Assembly: GCA_964522215.1 (NCBI GenBank)
Contig: CAZFVR010000003.1
Location: 68,561-132,560 of the forward strand
Direction of reading: 5' to 3'
Length of the DNA: 64,000 bases
From: an uncultured Ruminococcus sp.
GTDB taxonomy: Bacteria; Bacillota; Clostridia; Oscillospirales; CAG-272
Shown here: positions 48,744 through 58,041 of the stretch, piece by piece
Numbering within the stretch: position 1 is the stretch's first letter
Layout: every line of letters starts with the position of its first letter
The notes under the pieces: model-generated
The model's database searches: none
Told to the model about the DNA's origin: nothing
Seen by the model: only the letters and a program-made list of their open reading frames with translations
Translations under genes and position numbers: made by a program

Positions 48744-49547
48744 TCAGCGGCGTTTGAGCCTGCCGAGCACTCGACCGGCGCAGGAGATCTCGGTGAAATC
48801 CTTTAAAAGGATACGGCCGTATTCGGGGTTGAGAGATATGAGGCAATCGCCGCCGAATATCTTAAAGAAGCCGCTGCCGTCAAGGATATACACACAGGGC
48901 TCACCCACCTCAACAGAATCGCAATTTTGCACGAGCAGAACATCCCCGCTGTGATATTTTGGCTCCATGCTGTTGCCGCTGATGCGCAGGGCGAAATCCG
49001 CGCCCTCCGTCTTTTTATCTCGGGGGATGGTTATGTGCTCCGCACTGTCGCCGTCAAGATATTCGCCGACTCCGGCGGAAACAGGCAGATCGAACATGGG
49101 GATCTCTCGCTTTGCCCCCAACGCACCGCTTGACTCGGAATATCTCTTTTTGGCGGTCTGCGCTCTGCCGCGTATCACCACGCCGTCAGCCGACACACCG
49201 GTATACTCGGTGCGGCTGATGCGCTCCCCTTCCTTACCGAGGACAAGGGTGATCAGCTCCTTGCCGTACTGATCAAGGCGGCGATAATCCTCTACCATTT
49301 TTATCTCGCTCGGCGTCAGCGTGTAGTTGTTGGTGTTCTCCGGCTGACCGCTTATTATGTAATCAAGCGAGCAATCAAGCGCGTTGCACACAGCTATTAT
49401 ATTTGAAAGCTTTACCGAATCGGAAATGCCGGCTAAGAATTTACTGAGCGTTCCGAGCGGGATGCCGGTCATCAGCGAGAGCTGCTCGTTGGTGATCTTT
49501 TTTGCACTTTTGAGCTTTTTTATCCGTTCAAGGTAGTTTTCTTCCAT
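48744..49547 (-). CDS. XRE-family HTH plus S24 LexA-like peptidase autoproteolytic repressor
   Basis: N-terminal HTH (ITNEQLSLMTGIPLGTLSKFLAG). C-terminal S24 domain with the Ser (GNSMEP) and Lys (ILLKD) dyad. Confidence 0.85.
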   Translation of the reverse strand: MEENYLERIKKLKSAKKITNEQLSLMTGIPLGTLSKFLAGISDSVKLSNIIAVCNALDCSLDYIISGQPENTNNYTLTPSEIKMVEDYRRLDQYGKELITLVLGKEGERISRTEYTGVSADGVVIRGRAQTAKKRYSESSGALGAKREIPMFDLPVSAGVGEYLDGDSAEHITIPRDKKTEGADFALRISGNSMEPKYHSGDVLLVQNCDSVEVGEPCVYILDGSGFFKIFGGDCLISLNPEYGRILLKDFTEISCAGRVLGRLKRR

Positions 49548-49589
49548 AATCGAAACAAAACCTCCGTCCTTATTTTCTTTTACGGTCTT

Positions 49590-49618
49590 ATTATAGCACA
49601 GTTTTTCCGTTTTGTAAA
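49590..49618 (-). promoter_or_regulatory. Sigma-A promoter of the repressor gene (TTTACA-17-TATAAT, minus strand)
   Basis: Hexamers read on the minus strand. Direct repeat 1 (TTTTTCCGTTTTG) lies inside the spacer. Confidence 0.4.
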
Positions 49619-49648
49619 TACCTTTTCAAAATATTTTTCCGTTTTTGG
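49602..49648. repeat. Two direct repeats TTTTTCCGTTTT(T)G spaced 33 bp apart; candidate operator sites
   Basis: Repeat 1 at 49602-49614 overlaps the repressor promoter. Repeat 2 at 49635-49648 abuts the -35 of the divergent promoter. Confidence 0.4.
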
Positions 49649-49658
49649 CATTTTGGTA

Positions 49659-49687
49659 TTGACAACGGCTCAAAAGTATAGTATAAT
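49659..49687 (+). promoter_or_regulatory. Consensus sigma-A promoter (TTGACA-17-TATAAT) of the divergent small membrane protein gene
   Basis: Perfect hexamers with a 17-nt spacer, about 40 nt upstream of the ATG. Confidence 0.5.
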
Positions 49688-49728
49688 TCAATCAATGAAA
49701 TTCCAAATTCGGAACTATGGGGTCTAAG

Positions 49729-50040
49729 ATGAACAAGTGCTTTAATGATTTACCGCAATATAAGAACCGCAGATATGTGGCATCCTACTCGCGCAGAACA
49801 CGCTCACGCAGCAAGCTTGAGCTTTTTATTGAGCGACTGCTTATGATATGCGAGGCGATAGTCGAGGGCTTTGAGACCTCGACCGCAAGAGTCGTTTTAA
49901 AGATCGGAATGCTGAGTGTGATGTTTGCGGCGTTCTTTGTGTTTGTTGCAGCAATAGAGGCAGGCAGTATAGGACTCCTCGGTGCTGCAGTGATATCGCC
50001 CGCGCTCGTTTTGGGCTTTGCGGCGGCGCTGAGGCTTTAA
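49729..50040 (+). CDS. Small membrane protein (Arg-rich N-terminus plus two TM helices), divergent from the S24 repressor
   Basis: 103 aa from MNKCF (the alternative ATG at 49717 gives 107 aa). Two hydrophobic helices. No known domain. Confidence 0.5.
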   Translation: MNKCFNDLPQYKNRRYVASYSRRTRSRSKLELFIERLLMICEAIVEGFETSTARVVLKIGMLSVMFAAFFVFVAAIEAGSIGLLGAAVISPALVLGFAAALRL

Positions 50041-50067
50041 GCGGAAGCGCAAAGCGCAACGGCGTTC

Positions 50068-51207
50068 TCACGTGCGTGCGGCTTTAATGGATCTTATGAC
50101 AGCATCGGCAAATATGCGCGCCGTTAGCATTCCGCGTGATGATGGGGTGGCTGAGTCAAGCTCGATATGCAATGAGAGCCATGGCGCATTTTGATTAAAA
50201 CTGCCGCTGTCGACTGTCAAGGTGCAGGCGTAGCTCCCAAGCTCGCCGTTGATCATATCCGCCAGTGCAACATTTTTGCGAGCCACTCCCTCGGCTCCCC
50301 ATCCAACGAGCATACCCGGTGCGCCGCCTGCATGCAGATCGATAACGAGCGCGACGTCGTTGCCCGCCGCCATCTCACAAAGTGCGGTATATGCTCTTGA
50401 GTACGAACCGATCCGCCCCGAGGAATCAAATTCCCCATTGCAGATCTGCGCATCGATCCCCGCCGCAGTGAGAGCCTGCAGCAAGGCCTCGGCGGCATGG
50501 GGCACGGGTATACCGTCAGAAAAACACTCGGATGGATGAGCGCAGGTTACGATCACACTTCCGCCGCGCAGGATCTCAAGGACCTCGGCGCCAAGCTCGG
50601 ACGAAAGCGCGGCGGGCAGGATACCGCTTTGGGCGAGATCGATAAAAAGCTCGATATTTCTGCCCTTGGTTGCTGTGACCGCGGTATAATCCTCCCCGTG
50701 GTCCTGCAGTGTATCACGCGTTTCATCATCGGCAGTCACCTTGGGAGTTTCGATGCCAAACTCAGGGCCTTGCGTGACATCGTTCTCCCCCGCCCGGATG
50801 CTTGTACCGCTGTTGCCGTGCGGTGCGGTTTCGGCAGGAGCTTCGGTGTTTTTGGCTCCGAAGATAAACAGCCCCGCGAGGCTTCCGAGTGTTTCACGCG
50901 GCTCGCTGCCAAGTCCGGCTGCGGTGGTATACGCGCCAACCGTCATGGCAGTTGTAAGCAAAAGTACCATGATAAACGTCAAAAGCGGCGAGGTGTTGTG
51001 TTCCTTTTTATTACACCCACAACAGTCGGTATAGTCACCGAAGTCTCCGATCCGCTCGGTAATAACATCTGGGAGTCGCCGGGGAGCATTTACGCCCTCG
51101 GATCCAATACCGTCGCCGAACACATCCACTCGCTCGCGTGTATCGTCGGCGCTGTCGTATCCGCTTGCGGATATTTCGTTCATCAGATCTCTGTCGTTGC
51201 TTTTCAT
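50068..51207 (-). CDS. spoIIP: SpoIIP-family protein (stage II sporulation protein P-like)
   Basis: 379 aa with an N-terminal TM helix and an amidase-like C-terminal domain. It sits immediately downstream of gpr, as in Bacillus and Clostridia. Sequence similarity is judged from memory only. Confidence 0.55.
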   Translation of the reverse strand: MKSNDRDLMNEISASGYDSADDTRERVDVFGDGIGSEGVNAPRRLPDVITERIGDFGDYTDCCGCNKKEHNTSPLLTFIMVLLLTTAMTVGAYTTAAGLGSEPRETLGSLAGLFIFGAKNTEAPAETAPHGNSGTSIRAGENDVTQGPEFGIETPKVTADDETRDTLQDHGEDYTAVTATKGRNIELFIDLAQSGILPAALSSELGAEVLEILRGGSVIVTCAHPSECFSDGIPVPHAAEALLQALTAAGIDAQICNGEFDSSGRIGSYSRAYTALCEMAAGNDVALVIDLHAGGAPGMLVGWGAEGVARKNVALADMINGELGSYACTLTVDSGSFNQNAPWLSLHIELDSATPSSRGMLTARIFADAVIRSIKAART

Positions 51208-51319
51208 TTTACGGTCATCCTCCGTTTTGATACTTTATTTTGGTAAAAACCGCTTTCGCCTCTCCTTTGATATTATGCCGGCGCGCGGTGGTTTATTCGG
51301 TCAGATTAATTTATTCGAT

Positions 51320-52261
51320 TCATTCGATCACTCCAAACGCAGAGTTTATGGCGCGGGATATTATATCTGACGCGACGGAGTTGATAAGATCCGCATCCTG
51401 CGGACTGACAAAAAAGCTTTGCCTGTTGTCGAGCACTGCTTTGAGCTTTGGCGGCAAAGCACAGTAATCGCTATTTACCATTCCCGCCTCAAGGAGTGCA
51501 TCAAAGATCAAGGTCGACGAGCCGACAACGGTCGGCACGCCGATGGATATTATAGGAACGCCGAGCGTTTTGTAAGTCAGCGCTCCCCTTGTGTTATCAA
51601 CTCCCGAGCCCGGCGTTATACCCGAATCCGTAAGTTGTACCGTGCGGCCGAGACGATCGCAGGAGCGCGCCGCAAGTGCATCAACGACCACTAAAAGATC
51701 AGGGCGGACAGTAGCTATCGCACCGCGAAGGACATCTGCACTCTCGATCCCTGTGCGACCGATGACCCCCGGAGATATGACGGACACAGCCGAACAGCCA
51801 AGTGCACAATAGAGATCACCGTCAAGCTCTCTCAAATGCCGCGTAGGAGAGATGCGCGCCGCCGTATTCGGGCCGATCGCATCGGCCGTCATATCCGAAT
51901 TTCCAAGTCCCGCAGCTATAACATCAAAGTTACCGTCCGGCGGTCTCCCGCATAGTTCACAGGTCAGTTTTATAAGCTCGCACGAAAGCAGATCCCCCAC
52001 GTTGCGGCAGGACTCGGTCCCCAGCACAGCAAGTGAGCACGGGAGTGTGATGGTAATGTATCTGCCTCGTCTGTGACAGAGTCTTTTTGCCGCGCCCTCC
52101 GTTACTATCTGCATTCGTTCTATACGTACCATACCGTCGTTTGTCGCAACGACCTCCTCGCTGTATGATGATCCCTCGCCGCCGTCCCAAGCCTCGCAAG
52201 CAAGATCCGTGCCGTTGAACGGCAGGACGGGACGTGCCGCATAAAAAGATTTAAATAGCAT
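51320..52261 (-). CDS. gpr: Germination protease (spore protease GPR)
   Basis: TDLACEA near the N-terminus, VIAAGLGNSDMTADAIGP and ISPTRHL are GPR hallmarks. Start set at the ATG with RBS AAGAGGA 9 nt upstream; the ORF-track TTG start at 52309 lacks an RBS. Confidence 0.85.
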   Translation of the reverse strand: MLFKSFYAARPVLPFNGTDLACEAWDGGEGSSYSEEVVATNDGMVRIERMQIVTEGAAKRLCHRRGRYITITLPCSLAVLGTESCRNVGDLLSCELIKLTCELCGRPPDGNFDVIAAGLGNSDMTADAIGPNTAARISPTRHLRELDGDLYCALGCSAVSVISPGVIGRTGIESADVLRGAIATVRPDLLVVVDALAARSCDRLGRTVQLTDSGITPGSGVDNTRGALTYKTLGVPIISIGVPTVVGSSTLIFDALLEAGMVNSDYCALPPKLKAVLDNRQSFFVSPQDADLINSVASDIISRAINSAFGVIE

Positions 52262-52465
52262 GTATTTGATCCTCTTTTTTAATTTTTTCACATAATTAAA
52301 GGCATTCAATAATGTTTTTTTCGCAAAAAGACTTGCTTTTATTCTTTTTTTACATTATAATATTAATATAATGCTCAACGCGCGGCGACGGCATGGTCAA
52401 AATACACAAATTCAAGCCTTTAGATTGTGCAACCTGCCGAACATTCAAAGACTTTGATTTCACCA

Positions 52466-52494
52466 TTGAAATTTTCATCATTTAGTGATATAAT
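52466..52494 (+). promoter_or_regulatory. Sigma-A promoter (TTGAAA-17-TATAAT)
   Basis: About 55 nt upstream of the family-5 SBP gene, with RBS GGAGG at the start. Confidence 0.4.
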
Positions 52495-52551
52495 ATATTG
52501 AATCTATACGCGCCGTGTGTATGATTTTAATCTGAGGAGGATCACACAAAA

Positions 52552-54423
52552 ATGACAAAAAGACTCTTAGCTGTACTTCTCTGCCTGGTCATGTTATCGA
52601 CCGCTCTCGTTTCCTGCCACGATTCAAAGATCGACGGCAAGGATGTAAAGGGCGCTGAGATCACCATGTATCTTGCAGACATGATCTATGATTTTGACCC
52701 CGCTGTTGTTTACAACAACGCAGATGCACTCAAGCTCTGCTCTCTTATGTTCGACACACTTTTTAAACTCGATGCCAACGGCAAGGTAACCCCTTCCATA
52801 GTCGATAAATATACATACACCAAGGACGAGAACAAAAAAGAGTACACCCTTATGCTCTACTTCAAGAGCAACAATGCTTGGTCGGACGGTACACCCGTTA
52901 CAGCCCAAGATGCCGTTTTCACGTGGAAGCGTCTGCTTGACTATGAGGCAAGTTATGAGGCTGCAGCTCTGCTTTACGAGATCAAAAACGCCAGACGTGC
53001 CAAAGAGGGCGATTGCTCTATCGATGACATCGGCATTTACGCCGTTGACGAGCTTGTGCTTGAGATCAGATTTGAACGAGATATCAATCTTGATGAGTTC
53101 CTTTTGAATCTTACAAGCGTAGCACTGGCTCCTCTGCGCGAGGATATCGTTTCACGTAACGAGGACTGGGCAAAGAAGCCCGCCACCATCGCGTGCAGCG
53201 GCCCCTTTAAGCTCTATCGTATCAACTACGGTATGTCAGAGAGTGCATCCGCTTCGATGTATCTCGAAAGGAATCCCTACTATCGCCGCAATTACGAAAA
53301 GGATCACCTTGATAAGTCTGTAACTCCCTACCGTATCATCGTTGACTACTCGATGACGCCCGAGGAGCAGCTCACTGCTTATGAGAACGGCAATATCTTC
53401 TATGTCGGCAACATCGCTCTTTCAAAGCGTGCCGAGTACAAGGATCAGGCCAAGGTATCCGACGGTCTTTCCACTCATACCTATTACCTCAACGAAACAG
53501 CTGATATAGCCAAAAAGGATGGCTCTACCGAAAAGCTCTTTGCCAACCGTGATGTTCGTCTTGCTCTCTCCGCGGCCATAGACCGTCAAAAGCTTGCCGA
53601 TCTCGTTGTATTTGCAGAGGCTGCAACAGCTCTTGTCTCCCCCGGCATATTTGACGGAACAAAGGCAAAGACCACATTCCGCAGTGTTGGCGGCGACATT
53701 CTTTCCGTAACCGCTGATACAGCCAAGGCTCAGAGCCTTCTCTCCTCTGCCGGTGTAAACGCTTCGGATTATTCCTTCAGCATTACAGTACGTGCCGAAA
53801 ACGAAGTTCACTGCGTTATGGCTGATGCGGTCGCCGAAGCATGGAATGCTCTTGGCTTTAACGTGACCGTTGATCGTGTTTCTGCCATCATCAATGATGA
53901 CTTGTACAACGGCGAGATCGCAACAGATATCTGCGATGATATCTTCAATGAGCGCCTTGATGCCAACAAATACGAGGTCATAGCTCTTGATCTCATCGCG
54001 TTCTCTGCCAACCCCTATTCTCTGCTGGCTCCCTTTGCATTTGATTTCTCCGGCCAGAAACTCAATATCGAAAAGCCCGAGGATTCATTTGATTACAACT
54101 ACATACTCAACCCCCATCAGACCGGTTACAACAATGAGGCCTACAACACTCTGCTTGACCAGGTCGCGGAAACAACCGACAGTGCCACTCGCGCAAAGCT
54201 TTTGCACGATGCCGAGGCACAGCTCCTTGACGATATGCCTGTGATCCCCTTGGTATTCAACCAGGATGCTTACCTCTGCTCCAAGGATCTCAGCCGTGTT
54301 TCCAGCAGCTACTACGGCTTCCGTGAGTTCACTACCACTAAGCAGAAGAACTACATGAAGTACATCACCGTCGTCTCTTCTTCGAATGAAGAAACGACCG
54401 GCTCCGATGATACAGCAGAGTAA
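52552..54423 (+). CDS. ABC transporter substrate-binding lipoprotein, family 5 (oligopeptide/dipeptide OppA-like), orphan
   Basis: 623 aa. Lipobox LVSCHDS and the family-5 SBP fold. No permease or ATPase genes adjacent. Confidence 0.85.
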   Translation: MTKRLLAVLLCLVMLSTALVSCHDSKIDGKDVKGAEITMYLADMIYDFDPAVVYNNADALKLCSLMFDTLFKLDANGKVTPSIVDKYTYTKDENKKEYTLMLYFKSNNAWSDGTPVTAQDAVFTWKRLLDYEASYEAAALLYEIKNARRAKEGDCSIDDIGIYAVDELVLEIRFERDINLDEFLLNLTSVALAPLREDIVSRNEDWAKKPATIACSGPFKLYRINYGMSESASASMYLERNPYYRRNYEKDHLDKSVTPYRIIVDYSMTPEEQLTAYENGNIFYVGNIALSKRAEYKDQAKVSDGLSTHTYYLNETADIAKKDGSTEKLFANRDVRLALSAAIDRQKLADLVVFAEAATALVSPGIFDGTKAKTTFRSVGGDILSVTADTAKAQSLLSSAGVNASDYSFSITVRAENEVHCVMADAVAEAWNALGFNVTVDRVSAIINDDLYNGEIATDICDDIFNERLDANKYEVIALDLIAFSANPYSLLAPFAFDFSGQKLNIEKPEDSFDYNYILNPHQTGYNNEAYNTLLDQVAETTDSATRAKLLHDAEAQLLDDMPVIPLVFNQDAYLCSKDLSRVSSSYYGFREFTTTKQKNYMKYITVVSSSNEETTGSDDTAE

Positions 54424-54463
54424 TATCAGCGGAACAAGCAAGTAAACAATATCACCGATCCAA

Positions 54464-54512
54464 CTCCCCGATATATAACGAAACATTCGTTATAGATTGG
54501 GGAGTTTTGTTT
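54464..54512 (+). terminator. Intrinsic terminator (long imperfect hairpin)
   Basis: CTCCCCGATATATAACGAA-aca-TTCGTTATAGATTGGGGAG followed by TTTTGTTT. Confidence 0.5.
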
Positions 54513-54593
54513 ACAAGACGAGTCTCTCTTGTGCATATTGCACAAAATCCAAAGAATATTTTTATCCATTATGCTCTATTTACTCAAACGCTA

Positions 54594-54623
54594 TTGACTT
54601 TTTACTATTCCTTGTGGTATAAT
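54594..54623 (+). promoter_or_regulatory. Putative sigma-A promoter (TTGACT-18-TATAAT)
   Basis: Upstream of the 54681 lipoprotein gene. Confidence 0.35.
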
Positions 54624-54680
54624 AATGTAGCAATAACAGTTTAGCAAAAATGCAACAAAGCAAGAAAGGTTGGATAAAAA

Positions 54681-56183
54681 ATGAAAACTCATTTTACACG
54701 CATTCTCGCTGCAATGTTTGCGGCATTACTGGTTTTATCCCTTGTAGCATGCGCTGATCCCGGAAACAACGAGATCACCACCGCCGATCCCTCTTCCGAC
54801 TCGACTGCCGAGCCCACCGTTGAGACCTCTGCTCTTTACGAGGACGATGACCTTGGCACTTTGAACTTCGACACCACCATCGGAGTGCTTGTATGGTCGG
54901 ATGTTGAACACCTTGAATTCAATGATGAGATAGGCCTTGAGGCTGCTCCGAGCGACCTCATACTTTCCAAACTCAACTCTCGACTCGAGACTGTTAAAAA
55001 ACGTCTTGGCGTTGAGATCGAGTTTACCGCTATCCCCGGCGACTCCGGCGAGTCCGCCAACTGGAATGCTTACGTTGAAAAAGCCATAAACGGCGGTGAC
55101 ACAAGCTTTGATGTTATTGCAGGTTATTCCCTTGCAGTTGCAATGAACGCCGCATCCGGCTTCCTTTTCAACCTGCTCGATGACCAGTGCCACTACATCA
55201 ACTTTAATAAGCCATGGTGGAGCGACCTGCTCGTTGAGGAGTCCACTGTTAAAGGAAAGATACTCTTTGCCTCCGGTGATATCTCCCGTAACGCACTTGA
55301 AATGATGTATGTTTGCTATGCCAACACATCGATAATCGAGCAGTACAACCTTGAAAACCCACAGGACTTTGTAACAAACGGCCAGTGGACATATGAGAAG
55401 TTCATCAATATGTGCAACGGCATTTACAAGGATCTTGACGGCGACGGCAAGAAGAGCTGCACCAATACCTCCGGCGACCAGTTTGGTTACATATCTTCCG
55501 GTATACACGTTGACCCCTGGTTCTATGGCTGCGGCGCAACCATCACCTCCAAGGATGCCGATGGCAATCTTGTCATCTCCGATTCCTTTACAGGTGAACG
55601 CTTGATCAACACCGTTAACATGCTCAACCAGTTCATGCACAACACCGATGATGGCATCTACACATCCAATGTCTACCACCAGCATTCATTTGGTAATGGT
55701 CGCGCCCTCTTTATGACTGACCGTGCCCGCGTCTCTCACAAGATCCTCAAGGCTTCTTACGAGGTCGATTACCTTGTTCTCCCCTGCCCCAAGTATGATG
55801 TTGACCAGGAAAAGTACATCACAGTTATGGGCAACCCCTTTACCCTCTACGCGATCAGAACAGATGCTCAGAACTGCGAAGCCTCTGCTGCATTCATCGA
55901 GTGCATGGCCTCCGAGGGTTATCGTCAGATCACTCCCGCTGTATTTGAGCTTCAGCTGAAGACCAGATACGTAAACGATCCGGTTTCCGGTCAGATGTAC
56001 GATCTCATCCGCTCTAACCTCACCTTTGACCTTGGCCGTATCTACTCCAAGGTGCTTGGCGGAACACAGGCCACCTTTAAGGATTCTATAGCAGCCAACG
56101 ATGCCAACTATCTGCGCAAGGCTAACATTGCAAAGGATGTTTTCACCAAAAAGCTCAAAGAACTTATGAAGGTATACGAATAA
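54681..56183 (+). CDS. Extracellular solute-binding-like lipoprotein (putative family-1 sugar SBP, LplA-like), orphan
   Basis: 500 aa. Lipobox LVACADP, a Thr/Ser/Asp linker, and overall SBP-like composition. The family assignment is tentative. Confidence 0.45.
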   Translation: MKTHFTRILAAMFAALLVLSLVACADPGNNEITTADPSSDSTAEPTVETSALYEDDDLGTLNFDTTIGVLVWSDVEHLEFNDEIGLEAAPSDLILSKLNSRLETVKKRLGVEIEFTAIPGDSGESANWNAYVEKAINGGDTSFDVIAGYSLAVAMNAASGFLFNLLDDQCHYINFNKPWWSDLLVEESTVKGKILFASGDISRNALEMMYVCYANTSIIEQYNLENPQDFVTNGQWTYEKFINMCNGIYKDLDGDGKKSCTNTSGDQFGYISSGIHVDPWFYGCGATITSKDADGNLVISDSFTGERLINTVNMLNQFMHNTDDGIYTSNVYHQHSFGNGRALFMTDRARVSHKILKASYEVDYLVLPCPKYDVDQEKYITVMGNPFTLYAIRTDAQNCEASAAFIECMASEGYRQITPAVFELQLKTRYVNDPVSGQMYDLIRSNLTFDLGRIYSKVLGGTQATFKDSIAANDANYLRKANIAKDVFTKKLKELMKVYE

Positions 56184-56207
56184 GAAATCACTAAACAATT
56201 AAAGATC

Positions 56208-56240
56208 GCCCCGCGTCTCATGTGAGCCGCGGGGCTTTTT
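56208..56240. terminator. Intrinsic terminator
   Basis: GCCCCGCG...CGCGGGGC followed by TTTTTATTG. Confidence 0.6.
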
Positions 56241-56259
56241 ATTGATATGCAGTTGTGAA

Positions 56260-58041
56260 TTACATTTGTGCGGATCTGAACTGTGCGCCGTAGAGGTCGG
56301 CATAGAAGCCGCCTGCCTGCATCAGCTCGTCATGAGTTCCGCTTTCGATTATATGACCGTCCTTCATAACAAGGATAAGATCGGCGTTTTTAATGGTGTT
56401 AAGTCGGTGCGCGACTATAAACGAGGTGCGACCGCGCATCAACTCAGCAAATGCTTTTTGTATCTTTATCTCGGTACGTGTATCGATAGATGAGGTCGCC
56501 TCGTCAAGGATGAGCATTGGGGGCAGCGCCAGCATAACTCTTGAGATGCACAGCAGCTGTTTTTGTCCCTGCGAGAGCTGGCCGCCGTCCTCGCCGAGGA
56601 TAGTATCATATCCGTTCGGCAGACGTTTTATAAACGAATGCGCGTGTGCCGCACGTGCTGCGGCCTCGATCTCGGCATCGGTAGCATCCGGCTTGCCCAT
56701 TGCTATATTATCTCTAACGCTTCCGGCTCTCAGCCATGTATCCTGAAGCACCATGCCAAAGGATGAGCGCAGACTTTGGCGGGTTATGTGACTGACATCG
56801 CGGCCATCTACCGTGATACTGCCGCCGTTCGTTTCGTAAAACCGCATAAACAGATTTATAAGCGTTGTTTTGCCGCAACCGGTAGGTCCGACTACCGCCA
56901 CACGCATACCGGGCTTAACATCAAAGTTTATGCCCTCCATAAACGGGCGCTCGGTGTAGGAGAATGCTACATCCTTGGCGCATATTGCTCCGATAGTGCT
57001 TTGCGGGGCTATCACTGCGGCATCCGCGGGGTCTTCCTGTTCGCTTGGAGTATCCAGCAGTTCAAATATACGCGCGGCACTTGCAAGCGAACTTTGAAGC
57101 TCTGCCATAACATCGGAAAGCTCATTAAAGGGTTTGGCATAGTTATGCGCGTAGTAAAGGAGGGTGGAGATCTGCCCTGCGGTGACCAAGGGGTTGACAA
57201 GTGAGGTAAGTCCGGCAACAAGGGCGACTCCGCAGTAGACCATAGAGTTTACAAAACGGGTGGAGGGGTTGGTGATGGAGGAATAAAAGACGGCACGGGT
57301 AGCGGTGTGCACGTATTCGCGATTGATCTCGTTAAAATCCTCCGAGACGGCACTCTCGCGCGAGTATGCCTTTATCACAGCACCGCCGGATACGCTTTCG
57401 TCTATAATGGCTGTCTGCCGTGCGGCAAGTTTTGATTGTTCATGGAAGAGTGAGAAGGTCTGCTTTGAAATAAATGCCGCCACGACCATCGAGACAGGCG
57501 TGAGGAGTGCCACGACGAGCGCGACCCTGTAATTTATCCTGATCATAAAGACCATGGTGCAGATTATCGACAGTGCGCTTGAATAAAGCTGTGTGATGCC
57601 CGTGGCAAGACCATCCGACATCTTATCAACATCCGCAACCACGCGGCTGAGAATATCTCCGGAGCGGTGCGAATCAAGGTAGGAGAGCGGGAGCTTTTCT
57701 ATCTTGCGGATACAATCGGATCTTACATCACGAGTCATAACGGCTCCGATGCGAAGCCCCACGAGTCTCACTAACCAATCAAACACCGCACTGACAACGG
57801 CTAAGATCGGCACTACGGCAAGGATCTTTAGTATTCCCGGCATATCAACATTGCCCTGACCGATAGCAAGATCTATGGCATCGCCTACAAGCTCCGGGAT
57901 GAAATGCGCGGCAACGATGGATATCGCGGCCATGATAAGTGCACCGATCGCCGCAGGGATAAGCGGACGGCTGTAGCTAAGCAGGCGGCGCAGTGTGCGT
58001 GAGCGAACCTCCGGGGAGAGTTTTTCTGTTTTCTTTGCCAT
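56260..58041 (-). CDS. ABC exporter, fused permease/ATPase (ABCB-type, heterodimer subunit)
   Basis: 593 aa. 6 TM helices plus an NBD (Walker A GPTGCGKTT, signature LSQGQKQLL). Confidence 0.9.
   Translation of the reverse strand: MAKKTEKLSPEVRSRTLRRLLSYSRPLIPAAIGALIMAAISIVAAHFIPELVGDAIDLAIGQGNVDMPGILKILAVVPILAVVSAVFDWLVRLVGLRIGAVMTRDVRSDCIRKIEKLPLSYLDSHRSGDILSRVVADVDKMSDGLATGITQLYSSALSIICTMVFMIRINYRVALVVALLTPVSMVVAAFISKQTFSLFHEQSKLAARQTAIIDESVSGGAVIKAYSRESAVSEDFNEINREYVHTATRAVFYSSITNPSTRFVNSMVYCGVALVAGLTSLVNPLVTAGQISTLLYYAHNYAKPFNELSDVMAELQSSLASAARIFELLDTPSEQEDPADAAVIAPQSTIGAICAKDVAFSYTERPFMEGINFDVKPGMRVAVVGPTGCGKTTLINLFMRFYETNGGSITVDGRDVSHITRQSLRSSFGMVLQDTWLRAGSVRDNIAMGKPDATDAEIEAAARAAHAHSFIKRLPNGYDTILGEDGGQLSQGQKQLLCISRVMLALPPMLILDEATSSIDTRTEIKIQKAFAELMRGRTSFIVAHRLNTIKNADLILVMKDGHIIESGTHDELMQAGGFYADLYGAQFRSAQM

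Noticed and set aside
54735-55685. 316-aa minus-strand ORF
   Set aside because: Antisense to the SBP-like lipoprotein gene, which has a clear signal peptide, promoter and terminator.
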